A stretch of 61,471 nucleotides of DNA, counting the filler. It is 11 parts of 11 records of this genome, joined end to end, with 100 filler letters (N's around TTAATTAATTAA, not from the genome) between each part and the next. Parts side by side here need not be neighbours in the genome. Positions count along the whole stretch, not along the records: positions 57,545 to 61,471 come from SRR7504441_9288; 10 more parts are not named here. One strand, written 5' to 3'. A program made the translations under genes and the position numbers. Positions 59,541 to 61,471 of this stretch are shown here, in pieces. Every line of letters starts with the position of its first letter. The first letter of the stretch is position 1. The notes under the pieces are model-generated. The model saw only the letters and a program-made list of their open reading frames with translations, searched no databases and was not told where the DNA came from.

Positions 59541-61403
59541 TCAGCATGCTTGACCACAAGCCCCCTCGCAACACTCAAAGCTATCGAGGAACATGTTTGT
59601 AAGTCTGCATGCTCTAACTGCCTCGCTTGTGTCGCGGCCGAGCTCACTAGCGATAGCTTCAGCCACAACTGCGAAGCGTTGACGAAACTTGTAGACAAAG
59701 CAAAAGGAGAGCTCACCGTGGCGCACGGCGGGGCCCACAAGGAAGAGCCCAGGGGTCTTTGTGCTCTCGTCGTGCTCGTCAAGCAGGGGAGATCCTTCGG
59801 CACACCCATCGGCATCCTTCTCCTCCTTTCCCTCCTTGCCATTTGTAATCTCGTCAATCGCTCCACTCTCCTTGGCTTCCAGGGCAAGGCGCGCCTCGTC
59901 GTCCTCATGATCATGACCGTGGTTGTGGGTGTGCTCGTGCTTGCCCCACTCAAAGAGCTCGCTCACTGGACCTGAGGCAATGCTCCCCTTGAAGCCAGTG
60001 CAAAGCAACGGCTTCTGAGGCGTCCGCAGCTCGACCTCGCTACCCTCCGCGCAATCGCTCGCCGTCTCAGTCTGCACCGGCGTCCGGAACTCCCCTCGCT
60101 CGTGCTCGACAGGCGCCCCCCATCGGGCGCGCACAATGTACCCACCGCCCTCCTTGTCGCTGACTTCCTCGACAGCAAACACTCGGAGTGGAGCAAGCAG
60201 CTGCGGTGGTGTGGCCGAGGCACACGCCACTCGCACCCTCTCTGCTGTGTACGGCGCGAGCTCTGTGGACGGGTCCGGAGTGGTCACGTCCCAGAATGCA
60301 GTTGAGGAGACCACAGTACACCGCTTGCCGCAGGTAGACAGGTTGAATGCCGCGTCCATGCCACTCTCGTATCCTCCGATCACTACAAAGTCGTCTCCTG
60401 GCAGCTCACGCCAGCTTCTGATGGTCGAATTGTGGCGGCAGTGCTCCGAGCCTGGAAATAGGTGTTCGCCTGTTCGAGGATACTGAAACTCTCCACCGGC
60501 CCAGACCACGTAGCGGCTGCGCAGCACTGCTGGGGTACCCCCATCCACGCTGACCTCTACCTCAAAGCCTTTGCCATCAGTCACGTCGATTACGCCATCA
60601 CTCGATGGATGTACGGCCGTCACCTCTGTATTCGGTTGAATGTTGAGCTGGGAGTACTCGGCGAGGGTGACGAGATAATTGGCATACTGCTCACCGGTTG
60701 GGTGCTCCGAATGAAGCGTGAACGCAGGCGAGGTCCCGTAGGCCACCGAGTTCAGGTCAAACGATTTAGTCCAGCCCTGCTGATTAAACGACGGGCTAAT
60801 GAACCGCATCTCCTTGGGCCAGCGTCGGAAGGTCTCGCCTACCCCCGAGCCCCGCTCAAGCAGCAGCACCCGGTGCGGCTCCAGCCCGAAGGTCCGCGTA
60901 AGCTGCAGTCCAACCCCGATACCGGCTGCCCCAGCACCGACAACGATGACGTCCAGCGCTTCAGGGTGGCTGGGCGGCTGGGGCGGTTTCTCGGGGGCAG
61001 GCGCCTGTTCCGGCTGTAGCATTTTGCGGAGCTGCAGCAGCTGCTGGATCTCATTTTGCGCCTCTCGATTCTGAGGATTGAGGCGAAGCGCCAGTTGGAA
61101 CTTCTTCATGACCTCAGAGAATACCTCAGAGAACCCGGAGAAGCCATTGGGTTGCTTGTCGTCTGAAATCTGACCCGGCGGCTGAGCACCAGCCCAGCGG
61201 GTAAGCATCGGGGCCAGCACAGCCCTAGAAAGCGCCCGGCCCGCAGCCAGCGCAGTGCGCGAGAGCGCGTCAAGGTCGACGGCATTCAGCGCCGCAGATG
61301 TTGCCTCCATTGCCCCTTGAAAGTCCTGGGACAGCAAGCATTCCTCTGCTCGAGCAAGCAGTCCTTGCTCCATCACTTCGTGCGCGAGTTTTAGTCGGCT
61401 CAT
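59541..61403 (-). CDS. FAD/NAD(P)-dependent oxidoreductase (Pyr_redox_3-like) with TPR-like N-terminus and Cys-rich C-terminus, intronless
   Basis: IVVGAGAAG, MRFISPSF, HPTGEQYA, VIGGYESG, PGLFLVGP, FCFVYKFRQRF, ECCEGACGQAC. Confidence 0.85.
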   Translation of the reverse strand: MSRLKLAHEVMEQGLLARAEECLLSQDFQGAMEATSAALNAVDLDALSRTALAAGRALSRAVLAPMLTRWAGAQPPGQISDDKQPNGFSGFSEVFSEVMKKFQLALRLNPQNREAQNEIQQLLQLRKMLQPEQAPAPEKPPQPPSHPEALDVIVVGAGAAGIGVGLQLTRTFGLEPHRVLLLERGSGVGETFRRWPKEMRFISPSFNQQGWTKSFDLNSVAYGTSPAFTLHSEHPTGEQYANYLVTLAEYSQLNIQPNTEVTAVHPSSDGVIDVTDGKGFEVEVSVDGGTPAVLRSRYVVWAGGEFQYPRTGEHLFPGSEHCRHNSTIRSWRELPGDDFVVIGGYESGMDAAFNLSTCGKRCTVVSSTAFWDVTTPDPSTELAPYTAERVRVACASATPPQLLAPLRVFAVEEVSDKEGGGYIVRARWGAPVEHERGEFRTPVQTETASDCAEGSEVELRTPQKPLLCTGFKGSIASGPVSELFEWGKHEHTHNHGHDHEDDEARLALEAKESGAIDEITNGKEGKEEKDADGCAEGSPLLDEHDESTKTPGLFLVGPAVRHGELSFCFVYKFRQRFAVVAEAIASELGRDTSEAVRACRLTNMFLDSFECCEGACGQAC

Positions 61404-61471
61404 CAGTAGACTACCAAGTACCGGTACCGGTATTAGTACAAGTACGGGTACTCTTAGCCGGCCCCGGGGCC

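Overview
Eukaryotic, GC-rich, gene-dense DNA, probably from a flagellate protist draft assembly; the taxon cannot be assigned from sequence alone. The window is 11 short contigs joined by artificial 100-nt N/TTAATTAATTAA linkers, so synteny holds only within contigs. Most genes are split by very short spliceosomal introns (mostly 37-50 nt), often with GC-AG ends and G-rich acceptors, and many sit in compact head-to-head pairs. Recognisable genes: GST-zeta, RPA34-like, 2OG-Fe(II) oxygenase, TPR protein, kinesin-8, calcineurin-B-like sensor, ISCA2, DUF5054/GH38-like, GH28, DnaJ, ORC1, ABC1 kinase/beta-lactamase fusion, class-V PLP enzyme, DNAI1 (internally deleted), aspartokinase, DUF402, GH31, GLT1D1-like, FKBP, membrane TKL kinase and an FAD oxidoreductase. 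Most notable: an aspartokinase fused to a catalytically dead SDR, an ORC1 with SAP and chromo domains, an SCP2-FYVE-ABC1-beta-lactamase fusion, a GAF/FH2-like protein, the intron style, and a microsatellite insertion flanked by a 23-bp duplication of an exon/donor junction. All family calls are by motif recognition; no database searches were run.
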